Assembly: GCF_964188315.1 (NCBI RefSeq) | Contig: NC_135659.1 | Span: forward strand, 101,122,001-101,186,000 | Reading direction: 5' to 3' | Source: Podarcis muralis | Taxonomy: Eukaryota | DNA: 64,000 nucleotides | Shown: positions 1-10,763 of the stretch, in pieces | Layout of the letters: each line of letters starts with the position of its first letter | Numbering within the stretch: position 1 is the first letter of the stretch | Notes under the pieces: generated by a model | Told to the model about the DNA's origin: nothing | What the model saw: the letters and a program-made list of their open reading frames with translations, nothing else | Database searches by the model: none | Made by a program: the position numbers and the translations under genes

Positions 1-321
1 TCGTTCTGCCTGGACACTGAGGTCCAGCTGCCAGGGCCTTCTGGTAGTTCCCTCACTGCGAGCAGCCAAGTTACAGGGAACCAGGCAGAGGGCCTTCTCG
101 GTAGTGGCACCCGCCCTGTGGAACGCCCTCCCACCAGATGTTAAAGAGAAAAGCAACTACCAGACTTTTAGAAGACATCCGAAGGCAGCCCTATTTAGGA
201 AAGCTTTTAATGTTTAACAGACCACTGTATTTTAATATTTTGTTGGAAGCCGCCCAGAGTGGCTGGGGAAACCCAGCCAGATGGGCGGGGTATAAATAAA
301 AATTATTATTATTATTATTAT
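1..321 (+). mobile_element. L2-type LINE 3' end with (TAT)n tail
   Basis: Same 3' sequence as the inverted copies at about 47.0 kb and 58.8 kb; the 47 kb copy carries an L2-type RT ORF. Ends in a TTA microsatellite. Confidence 0.7.
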
Positions 322-446
322 TGACCCTGGGGGTCCCTTCCACCCCTACAGTTCCGAGATTCCAGGTCCACATCCCCCAAGACCCAAGGCCCGGCCTGCG
401 TGACTCCCTCCCCGCTTCCCGCCCGCCCTCCTCCGCCCCCGCTGAC

Positions 447-601
447 CGAAAGAGGTCCAAGTCCAGCGGCTCCAGGCTGAGGACGCTGGTGACCAGGACG
501 CTGCGCAGGTCGCCCTCCTGAGGGGCCTCCTCCCCGCCCCCCTCGCCCTTCGCCTTCCGCTCGGGAGCCTCAGGCCGGCCGGTGTCCGCAGGCGACGCCA
601 T
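447..601 (-). CDS. ACOT8: Acyl-CoA thioesterase 8, coding exon 1 (gene continues left of the window)
   Basis: ATG at 601 gives MASPAD...GDLRSVLVTSVLSLEPLDLDLF-R, matching the recalled ACOT8 N-terminus (DLRSVLVT.VL.LEPLD.DLFR). GT donor (gtcagc) follows position 447, phase 2. Head-to-head with ZSWIM3 as in mammals. Confidence 0.92.
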
Positions 602-1060
602 CTTGAACCGTCACCTGACAGGAGGCCGCCGGAAGTCCTCGCGGCCGAACCCGGAAGCGCTCTCTCCCTCGCTCTCTCCCATTGGCTGCGGGGGGGGCGT
701 GGCCCCTCCCACTCGCTTCCTGACGCGGCGTCCGGAAAGCGGAAGCTCCCGCTCCGGAGGCGGAGGCGGGTCCTGCCTCGCGATTGGCCAATCCGTTCGC
801 CGGTCCCTGGTCTCGTGGCCTTCCCGTTGGCCGAGCTGGCTGCCCATCCTGCGGCGCGGCCCCTGATTGGTGGGTCTCGGGAGAGGGGCGGGCTCCGTCC
901 CCTGTGGGATGCCGGCGGGCCGAGCGGGTCTCCTTCTGCCGGGCGGCCGGGGAGGGAAGGAGCCGGAGGGGGAGAGAGAGCGGGGCGGAGCGGGGGGCCG
1001 CCAGGGCGAGAGAGCGGAGGAAGGGAGAGCAGAGGGAGAGGGCTCTGGCGCGGGAAGGGT
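590..1060. promoter_or_regulatory. CpG-island bidirectional promoter for ACOT8/ZSWIM3
   Basis: CpG-rich. YY1-type CGCCATCTT at 596-604, ETS/GABP-type CCGGAAG at about 628 and 651, CCAAT/ATTGG at about 681, 783-792 and 866, and several GC boxes. Confidence 0.8.
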
Positions 1061-1385
1061 TAATGGGCCGCACGCTCAGGGCAGAGGGAGGCCAGGCAGG
1101 AAGGGGTTAAGCCCCCCTCCTCAAAAAACCCATTATTTCCCCTCTCCCCACACGAAAAAGAGAGAAATCCTTATTCCCTTTGGGTGGGACTGGGTGGGTT
1201 TGGGGAGTTTCCAGGCAGGAAGGGGTTAACCCCTCCTCATCCCTTTGGGTGGGTTGGGAAGGGGGCCTCTGGGGGGGCAGCATAGGGGCCTCGGGGGGGG
1301 CTCCCTTCTCCCCAACCCCGCACACCCCAGTTATCCTGAGGGGAGATGCTCCAGGGCAGGGATGCTCCTCTGTTCCTCTGGGTAG

Positions 1386-1568
<183 letters not shown>

Positions 1569-1850
1569 TAAGGAGGCCTGCGCTTCAGCCTCTGGGGAGG
1601 GGAGGGGAGGGGTGCCGTTTTTAGAATTCCCGCATCTAAGATACCTTCTGGTAGGACTTCTGATGCGGTTACGAGGGGTTGGTCTGATGGTCCAGCGGGT
1701 TTATTCTACCGCTAATCACTTACAATAATCCTAGATTGATAATCTCAGGGTACTGTGGCATTGTCTCACTGATTCTCCTGATTAATCCCATTAGTTGGGC
1801 TGCCGGGGCAATGACCCTCTTGACGTCCCCTTTCCTCTTCCATTCACCAG

Positions 1851-3909
1851 GTTTATGCAGGTGAAGTTTGGCTGCTCCCGGTCGAGAGACTCCGGCAAGA
1901 AGAGGAGGCAGCAGGCCAGCTTGTGCCCGGCCTATTTCGTCCTGCAATACAACGAGGAAATAGACCGACTGGTGATCAGCGAGCTGAATGGCAACCACGT
2001 CCACACAGAGCCCAAGGCTTCCTTGGTCAGCTCCAATGCCCCACCTGGGACCAGGATGGCAACAAAGCTGCCTGGGCCTCCCAAAGCTCATGGCAGCCCC
2101 CCAGCTAAGCTGCGCAGGGAGGAGCCAGCGGAGGTAGAAGCCTGTGAAAGGGACAGCGACGTGAGCGTGGAGGTCGAAGTGGACTCTGACGAGCCTCCGC
2201 TGCTCCCACCTTCCCCTCGCAAGGAAGCCGAGGTTCCTCCTCAGGCGGGGGAAGATGGCTCCTCCAGCTCTGCTTTCCTCCAAGTGGCCGAAGTGATGAA
2301 AAACTTCCTGCGGGTGGACATGGGCTCCTTGGCCTCCATCAGCGTTGGCAGCGACCAGGACCTGGAGAGGCTGAACTTCCAGACCAGCAAGATGAGGAGC
2401 CTCTTCGTCAAGTTCCCCGAGAGCCTTCTGCTACACCGGGTCCAGAGCAAGAAGGGCCACATCCTGTACGCTTTCCTCGTGGAGAGCAAGGAGAGGGTGG
2501 GGAAGTTGGTCCACCTTGCCATCTTGAAGGAGGACACGCAGGAGAACACGCGGAAGATGTTCTCCGTGTTCAAGGAGTTCAACCCCGAGTGGCAGAAGGT
2601 CAAGGTGGTCTTCATGGACATGTCCTTCCTCCACCGGGCCATTTTGCAGGAGCTCTTCCCTTCGGCACAGGTCCTCCTCTCCGTCTACCACACCGTGCGG
2701 CTCCTGGAGAAGAAGCTGAAGGAGTCCCATGCGTCTTTCTCCTTCAAGTACAACTTCAAGCTGGCCCTGAAGGACGCCGTCTTCTCCACCTCCACCTCGA
2801 ACCTGGACGCGTTGTCCCAGCAGGTGAGGCACGTGGTGGACCAGGACTTGTACAAGTACCTGCGGACTAACTGGTTCTCCTGCGAGATGCTCTGGTACAT
2901 GCACGCCAAAAAGGGCCTCCATTCCTGCAGCACCTACATCGACAGCTTGGACCTCGTCGCTCAAAAGCTGTCCCAGCTTTTCGGCAACCAGCCGTCGCTG
3001 GAGACCAGCATCCTTCGCTTCGTGGAGTACGCCGACAGCTTCAACACCAAAGGCCTGGAGAACCTGACCCAGGGCCTGGCGGAGGACAGCCGCAGCGGCC
3101 TCATGCAGGAGCTGAAAGTCCTGGCCCGGCCCGCCGTGAGGCGCAGCTCCAGTACCACCTCGCAGCAGCAGCCATTGCCCGGGAACACAGCAGAGGAGCT
3201 GCCAAAGCAGTTCACCAAATACAGCCCAGCCAAGCCTGTTGCCACCATGCTGTCGGCCCTGCGGGACAGCTGCACGGACGTTGCCTACCAGCTGTGTCTG
3301 AACGAGTGGGACGTGGTGCAGAAGTCGGTCCAGCTCCTGAGCTGCGCCAGGTTCAAGACCACGGTGCAGCTGCTGGAGGACACCCACCAGGTCAGCAGGG
3401 ACGGCAAGAGCTGCAGCTGCTACTTCCACTGCCGCTATCAGCTGCCCTGCCGGCACATCATGTCCATGCTGCTGGCCAACCGGGAGGTGGTGGGAGAAGC
3501 CATGGTGGGCAAGCGCTGGCAGAAGGAATACCAGCACCTTTCCGCCTTGGGGGAGAACCTTCTCGAGTTTACAGAGCCCTCCGCAGGCCCGCTGGGGGCA
3601 GTGGGGGCGGCCTCAGGGGAGCGGGGAGAGAAGATCCAGTCTCTCAGCAAGGAACTTGGGAACCTCTTGCTGCAGAGCGAGGGGGAGGAGCTGGAGGAGC
3701 GCACCTCCACCCTCAAGATGATTGTCAACATCTGGACTAAGTGTTGCGAGCTGCAAGGCGGGGAGGGGCCGGAGAAGAAGCCCCTCAACGTCCGGAACGT
3801 AGGAGACCTCCCCTTTCTCTGGGTGAAAAAGGAAGAGATGGAAGAAGTTGAGGTGGCTTCAGGAATGCCCAGTCCAGCCGTTGAAGACGTCCAGACTTCC
3901 CTGGCTTGA
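1851..3909 (+). CDS. ZSWIM3: ZSWIM3 coding exon 2 (SWIM zinc finger, MULE-transposase-derived); join(1413..1567,1851..3909) = 737 aa
   Basis: Pyrimidine tract plus cag acceptor ends at 1850, in phase with exon 1. Long ORF with SWIM motif CSCYFHCRYQLPCRH and TGA at 3907-3909. AATAAA at 4719-4724. Confidence 0.95.
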
Positions 3910-4859
3910 AATCCACGCCAGCGTGGAGTCATGAGCAACTGCAGGCGACCTTGACTGTGTTCCGAGCCCACCGTGGTTTTTCCCAGCTAAAGAAACTCAG
4001 GGTTGCTGTTCAGTTTTGCAGCAAGAAAGCAGACTTTCTTCTGGTCCTCCTTTGGTGGCTGCTCTTTATGAGGACTTGGCGTGCAGGTGGTGAGCACAAC
4101 CGTTCCTCCTGACCTGTATGCTACAAAGGTCCCCCTTGACTGACTCTGACACACACACACATTCTCCAGGTTTTGCAGCCCACGGCTGCAGGCTTGACAA
4201 TCAGGGAAGGTCTCCTTCCCACGGGGGCCTTCTCCAGGGCATCTTCCTTGCCAAACCTTCGTCCGTCGCTCTTGACTCACACGTCTTGTTTCCTCGTTGC
4301 CGCCTCCCTTGTTTTTTCTTCTTCTTTAACGCAGGTCATTTTATAGGATCGCAGAGCTGGAAGGAATCCCGAGGGCCATCACCTCCTACCTCCTGCTATG
4401 CAGGAATCTCAGCTCCAGGGCAGATGGCCGTCCAACCTCTGCTGAAGACCTCCGAGGAAGGAGAGCCCCCCTTCCAGGGGTAGTCGTGTTTGGCTGCTTC
4501 AACGTGACTCTCTGGGCCTGATGCATGCAGAGAATTGCTGTCTTGGTTCTAGCTGTATTTTTACTGTAATGCTTCTGGGGTGGAGGCTGGGCCCCCCCGC
4601 CTGGCTTCAGCGGCAGGGAAAGGCGATGCTGAGTTGTTGCTTTCTTTGTTTGTCCTGAAGCCTCTCCCAGCAGGGACTAGTTTTGCTGCTATGTACTTAG
4701 ACCAAATTTATTGTTGGAAATAAAAGTCTGACCGTCCTCCTTTGGTACCTGAACGTACTTTTCCGTTTGCCTTGTGTTTCAATTCTCTCCTCTCTGTTTG
4801 CCGTTAAAAAGCAAAGCAAAAGACCAGGGGCCAAGATATCCTTGAAGCCAATACTCCGA

Positions 4860-5008
4860 GCAGAACTCCAAAAGTGGGTTTGTGAAGCGCGCTGTTTCTC
4901 TCTCTGCCTTTAGGGGAAGGTAATTTGTTGCACCAGCTTTCTGAACTAATTACCTTCCCAAAAGGCAGAGAGAGAAGTGCGCTTCACAAACCCATTTTGG
5001 AGTTCGGC
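4860..5008. repeat. Imperfect inverted repeat/hairpin (arms about 60 bp, loop about 22 nt), MITE-like
   Basis: gcagaactccaaaagtgggtttgtgaagcgc...gggaaggtaatt pairs with aattaccttccc...gcgcttcacaaacccattttggagttcggc. Confidence 0.8.
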
Positions 5009-5067
5009 TTTTCAAAAGCAAAGGCTTTTCATTTAAGTCTCACAGTCCAGTTAAAGGCCTAAACTAC

Positions 5068-5410
5068 TCTGCTGTGGGTTAAACCGCAGAGCCTAGGACT
5101 TGCCGATCAAAAGGTCGGCAGTTCGAATCCCCACAATGATGGGGTGAGCTCCCGTTGCTCAGTCCCTGCTTCTGCCAACCTAGCAGTTCAAAAGCACGTC
5201 AAAGTGCAAGTAGATAGATAGGTACCGCTCCGGCGGGAAGGTAAACGGCGTTTCCATGCACTGCTCTGGTTCGCCAGAAGCGGCTTAGGCATGCTGGCCA
5301 CATGACCCGGAAGCTGTACGCCGGCTCCCTTGGCCAATAAAGCGAGATGAGTGCCGCAACCCCAGAGTTGGCCACGACTGGACCTAATGGCCAGGGGTCC
5401 CTTTACCTTT
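5068..5410 (+). mobile_element. Sauria-type SINE
   Basis: tRNA-derived head (ggttcgaatccc B-box-like), near-identical to copies at 15.0, 16.3 and 54.7 kb; ends in cctttaccttta. Confidence 0.8.
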
Positions 5411-5716
5411 ACTGCGTGCAAACCCAGCGGCGTTTGATTTGCCAGAATGATAGAAAAGGTTTTGGGAGAGGGTGATGAGAACGTGTGGCGGTACACAATA
5501 CTTTTCCCCACTCGCAGCTTCTCTGCTCTGAATTGCACCTTTAGGAGCTATATTTCTCCCACCCACCTTGGGTTTCCGCTTGTGTTTGCTAGGGGGAGAT
5601 GGGGGGGGGGAGGCACCCAATGTAGAGCAGAGGTGTGGGGAAATACATAAGCTCCCTCTTCTCAAGTGGCGTAAAGGAACGCCTGGAGAATAGGCAAGTG
5701 ATAGAGGAGACTGTCC

Positions 5717-5990
5717 TCACACCTTGTGCTGAGAGCCTTCCTCTCTGCTCAGCAGCAGTTCAGCCCTTCTTGGGAGTTCAGTTCTAAACATCACATTTCT
5801 AGCTGCCTGGACTTTTAGAGGTTGCCCCTTATGCCAGTCGATTGTGCTCCCTCTTCCATGTGACAGCCCTTGAGGCCTTAGAAGGTGGCTACCACATCTC
5901 CCCTCAGTCATCTCTAGCCTAAGCACACCCAACTGCCTCAACGGTTCCTCATCAGGCTTGGTTTCCAGACCCTTGGTCGCCCTCTGCACA
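5717..5990 (-). mobile_element. Degenerate CR1 LINE 3' fragment
   Basis: Translates to MQRATKGLETKPDEEPLRQLGVLRLE, the CR1 ORF2 C-terminal motif seen intact at 50.7-51.0 kb. Confidence 0.6.
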
Positions 5991-6290
5991 CCTTCCAGGA
6001 CATTTCCGCCTTAATGGCGAAGGGCTATGGGTGGTTGGCAGAGCACAGGTTATTTCTCTAATTTATACCCCTCCCAAAGGAACCCACAGTATCTAGACAG
6101 AGAGCTGGGAGACAAACACACACACCCCACACCCTTCTGAAATCCTGGGCAGTTAGTGCATGCCAGAGGTGCCCAAATTGTGCTCCGCAAATCGCAGCTT
6201 CGTGCTGGGGGGGGGGGTCCATGGTGTGACTCTGAAGATTGACACACACAGAAGCGGCTTTGTTGCTCTACAGCTGTGTGATTATATTCT

Positions 6291-7470
6291 ATGTCGTCGC
6301 GCCACTCCTTGGTGTGTGGAGTGCCGCAGGGCGCAATCCTCTCTCCGATGCTTTTTAACATCTTTACGCGCCCCCTTGCCCAGATTATCCGGAGCTTTGG
6401 GCTGGGCTGTCACCAATATGCTGATGACACTCAGCTCTATCTGCTGATGGATGGCCACACCGACTCTGCCCCGAACACACTGACCAGATGCTTGGAAGCT
6501 GTGGCTGGATGGTTTCGTGGGAGTCGATTGAAACTAAATCCTTTGAAGACAGAGGTCCTATGGCTAGGTCGGGATGGCATGGGGATGAGGGACCAACTCC
6601 CTTCTCTTGCGGGGGCACAATTAGTGCCATTGCCTTCCGTTAAAGAGTTTGGGTTTGACGCCTCCCTTTCCATGGAGGCGCAAGTTACAGCAACAGCCAA
6701 AGCGACATTTTTCCACCTTCGCTGCATCAAGCAGTTGGTCCCTTACCTTTCCCGCCCCGACCTGGCCACAGTGATCCATGCGACGGTCATCTCCAGGCTT
6801 GACTACTGTAATTCGCTCTACACGGGGCTGCCCTTGAAGCTGTCCCAGAAACTCCAGCAGGTGCAGAATGCTGCAGCGAGGCTCCTCACAGGGTCTCTGC
6901 CATGGGAGCATATTCACCCAGTGCTTTTCAAGCTGCACTGGCTCCCGGTGGAGTACAGGGTCAGATTTAAGGTGCTGCTTTTGACCTTTAAAGCCCTTCA
7001 CGGCCTAGGACCCTCGTACCTACGGGACCGCCTCTCCTGGTATGCCCCACGGAGAGCCTCAAGGTCCATAAATAACAACGCCCTAGTGGTCCCAGGCCCT
7101 AAGGAAGTCAGATTAGCCTCAACCAGAGCCAGGGCCTTTTCAACACTGGCCCCGGCCTGGTGGAACGCTCTGCCTCATGAGACCAGGGCCCTGCAGGATC
7201 TGATTTCTTTCCGCAGGGCCTGTAAGAGAGTTGTTCCACCTGGCCTTTGGCTTGGAGCCAATTTGATTCCCTCCCTCCCTCTCTTTCTTTTTTTTTTTCC
7301 TTCTCCTGTGATGAGGCTACATTTTAATGTTCCATTATTTTAATGTTGTATTTTATTTTTGTTTTTAAGTTGTAATCATTCTTCTTGTTTTTATTATTGC
7401 TTGTAAGCCGCTCTGAGCCCGGCCTTGGCTGGGGAGGGCGGTGTATAAATAAAAAATTATTATTATTATT
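6291..7470 (+). mobile_element. 5'-truncated L2 LINE with RT-domain ORF (6291-7343)
   Basis: GVPQGAILSPMLFNIF, YADDTQLY, RLDYCNSLY, QNAAARL and LHWLPV motifs; 3' UTR and (TAT)n tail. Confidence 0.9.
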
Positions 7471-7587
7471 ACCTCCAGCTCAGTGGTCTTGGAGAAGGCT
7501 GTGAGGAAGCTCCTTCTCTGAGCTGCTTGAAAGGAAGGGCTGTTTGGCTCCGAATCATGAGCACCAGAAGGCTCTTTGGAGTTTGCT

Positions 7588-7634
<47 letters not shown>

Positions 7635-7795
7635 GATACGATAATCTTTATTGTCATTGCCCCATACAGAACAACGAAATTGAAAAATCTACATGAGACA
7701 TTCAAAAACCAACAAGCCTGCTATCCCATCTATCCCAACCTGGTTAGCCCCCTAAAAACTCTGATACCCCATTTTTAAATAAATAATTTGTCCTA
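7635..7795 (-). mobile_element. Rex1/Babar-type LINE 3' tail
   Basis: Reverse complement of the tail (about 33850-33995) that follows the Rex-type ORF at 33498-33833. Confidence 0.65.
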
Positions 7796-7796
7796 A

Positions 7797-8372
7797 CAGA
7801 CCCTGACAGCAGCCATGAAATTAAAAGACGCCTGCTTCTTGGGAGAAGGGCAATGACAGGCCTAGACAGCATCTTGAGAAGTAGAGACGTCATCTTGCCA
7901 ACAAAGGTCCGTATAGTTAAAACCATGGTTTTCCCAGTAGTGATGTATGGAAGTGAGAGCTGGACCATAAAGAAGGCTGATCGCCGAAGAATTGAGGCTT
8001 TGAATTATGGTGCTGGAGGAGACTCTTGAGAGTCCCATGGACTGCAAGAAGATCAAACGCATCCATTCTTAAGGAAATCAGCCCTGAGTGCTCACTGGAA
8101 GGACAGATCCTGAAGCTGAGGCTCCAGTACTTTGGCCACCTCATGAGAAGAGAAGACTCCCTGGGGAAGACCCTGATGTTGGGAAAGATGGAGGGCACAA
8201 GGAGAAGGGGACGACAGAGGACGAGATGGTGGGACAGTGTTTTCGAGGTTACCAGCATGAGTTTGACCAAACTGCGGGAGGTAGTGGAGGACAGAGGTGC
8301 CTGGCGTGCTCTGGTCCAGGGGGTCACGAAGAGTCAGACACGACTAAACGACTAAACAACAACAACAACAAA
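7797..8372 (+). mobile_element. BovB/RTE LINE 3' fragment
   Basis: RVPWTARRSNASILKEISPECSLEGQILKLRLQYFGHLMRR motif and (CAA)n tail. Confidence 0.9.
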
Positions 8373-8839
8373 CAGACCCTGACTCCCCTCCAGGGAGCTC
8401 TCGGCTGCAGCGTCTGCACGCGCCGCCATCTTGGAGACCTGCATGCCAAGCCGATGGTCCAGTCCTGCGCCATGGAGACCCCTAGCCTGCCTGGAAGGAT
8501 GTGGGGATGGTCTCCCTAGGGGAAGAAGGAGGTGAAAGGAAGATGCAGCCCACCTGAGAGAGGAGCCTCCCCTCTGGGGAGGGGCCAGGTGGGCCCAGGT
8601 CCAGGTGGGGGGTTGCCATGGTGACCAGGACCCGCCCTCCTTTGTGACCTCACTTGCTTCTCTAAAAGCCAACCACTTGCAGGCAGCCACTATGGGTTAG
8701 CAGTGAGGCGAGGAGAGAGAGAGAGGAGTTAGTGGCAGTTGGTGGCAATTAGGAGAGGAGTTTGGTTTCTTGTTATTTTTCCGGTTTCTTATTTTGATTT
8801 TGATTTGATTTATTTGATTCATTTGATTTAATTTATTTT

Positions 8840-9450
8840 GATTTGATTTATTATTATTATTATTATTTTACAATAATATTTTTTATTAAGTACAAATTAG
8901 AAAACATACATATTCGCAACAATACTATACAAAAGAAAAAGAAAATACATCTAACCAAGGGGGAAAAAATTAGAGAATATTTTGTCTCTTTTCATATTTA
9001 CAGTTATTTAGACCTCTATAAAATGCTATTCACAATAAAGCAGTGAAATGAAAGATAAGATATCAGAAAAATGAAAAAAAAGAACAAAGAAAGAATAAAG
9101 AAGTAAAAAAGATCATAGGTGAAAATTTTTAAAAGTAGATAAGTACTCACAATACATAGCCGTTTACCATCTATATTTATATTCAATTGTATAATTTCAT
9201 CTTGTCCTTATCTACCTTAAATAAAGTGGTTTTTTAAAAAAAAGACTTCCACTGTTTACCTCACGTGTTTTTAATAATCCGTTGATTTATTATTTTACTC
9301 CTTTATTTTAACACTTTTTTATTTTACTTTTTCTTCTTTATTTTACTATTTTTATATTTGTTTTTTTTGTTTTTATTTAGTGCACATCTGTGCCTATTTT
9401 GTATATATTTCTTTTGTTTGTAGAGGAGTAGTTAGGGTTAGGTGTGTGCT
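8840..9450 (-). mobile_element. AT-rich probable L1 3' UTR relic
   Basis: T-rich start (reverse poly-A-like) and composition like the L1 tails elsewhere in the window; no ORF support. Confidence 0.4.
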
Positions 9451-10295
9451 TAGGGCTGGGGGTCGGGGTGAGAGTTAGGCTTGGGTGGGCATTTTAGAGA
9501 GGAGGGTGGGACTTTTTCGTGGAGGAAATTGGCAGGCTGTAAGTAGCATTCCTTCTTTCTCTTCGCCTCCGGGGGACGGGGGGGGGGGAGTCCTGGGGTC
9601 CCCTGCAGAGTCTTGGCTCTCTGGTCTTTATTCAATGAACTCTTGCAACCGGACTTCCAACTGCCACATGGAAGAAGCAGAAAGAAACCCATTTTACCCA
9701 CAACGTCCTACGTGCATCACATCTGTGTCACAAACTAGGAGGGTTTTTCTGGCGGAAACCTGAGTCCCAGGTGTGCCCCTGTCCCTGCCTTGACATCCAC
9801 CTTACACCCATTGACTAAATCAAAGGGAAATAGAGACATGTTCCTGTTTCCCAGCCCAGGTGAATCCCCGCTCTTGTCCCGGCCAAGTCCCCAGTCCATG
9901 GAGGTTGGGTCCACTCTTGTCCTTGAGATGGCGACCCGTCTGGTCCTCAGAGACCAGGATGACAGGGATTCTCACCCAGGCGGAAGGCTTGCTGTGGACG
10001 TGGTCTCCTTCGGGGATCAGGGCTGCCCCATGCCATATCCCAAGCATAGCTGTTCCCCTTTCTTGCGAGGAATCCTATTTGGAATAAGGGAATTTCCCTT
10101 TTAAAAAGGGAAGCGTTGACAGCTATGATCCCAAGTGCCTCCTCTGGGTGCCCTCTTCCTTCGGAGCAGAACAGCATTGGAACGGTGTCGATCCGAGGTT
10201 GGATTGCTTTTACAGGAATCTTTGAAGCTTTTCCCGCTGCAAGAGTAGACAAGTGCTATAACCAGATAGTAGGCTTGAACAAGACACAAAAGACT

Positions 10296-10326
10296 TTCTT
10301 CTTCTTCTTCTTCTTCTTCTTCTTCT

Positions 10327-10378
<52 letters not shown>

Positions 10379-10560
10379 TTGTGATCCGTCGTAGCTGAGG
10401 TGGATTGTCTTCCACACTAGGGACATAGGTTTCTGGGCAAGAGTTGATTCCGGTGAGGGTTTGCCAAGTCTTCCTCTTAGCACATTTCTCCCTTGCATCC
10501 TGAGTTCGGGTGTCTTCAAAGCCCATGACACCTTTGGGAAAGGCTCCAACCAGAGCTCTC
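10296..10560 (-). mobile_element. RTE-type LINE 3' fragment with (GAA)n tail
   Basis: TQDAREKCAKRK matches the RTE fragment at 34.0-34.3 kb; the (CTT)n run at 10296-10378 on + is its tail. Confidence 0.6.
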
Positions 10561-10763
10561 ACAGGCCAGTGTTTCCCAGTTGTTGGTGTTTACACTACAT
10601 GTTTTTAGATTGGCCTTGATAGAGTCTCTAAACCTCTTTTGTTGACCACGAGCATTATGCTTCCCATTTTCAAGTTTGGAATACGGTAGTTGCTTTGGAA
10701 GATTAAAATCAGGCAGTTGGGGCTTCTGGCTTCTGAGTCGCTCTCTCTGCTCGTCTCTTCTAG

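Noticed and set aside
2431-3537. 368-aa antisense ORF inside ZSWIM3 (and similar shadows in ZSWIM1 and NEURL2)
   Set aside because: Typical antisense shadow of GC3-rich coding sequence, with no recognisable domain.
5068-5140. tRNA-like heads (also at 15029, 16308, 24532 and about 55090)
   Set aside because: These are SINE heads; there is no complete cloverleaf or tRNA gene.
10116-10197. Possible further upstream exon of the decayed gene ending at donor gttgga
   Set aside because: The donor is weak and the acceptor ambiguous; phase-compatible but not supportable.
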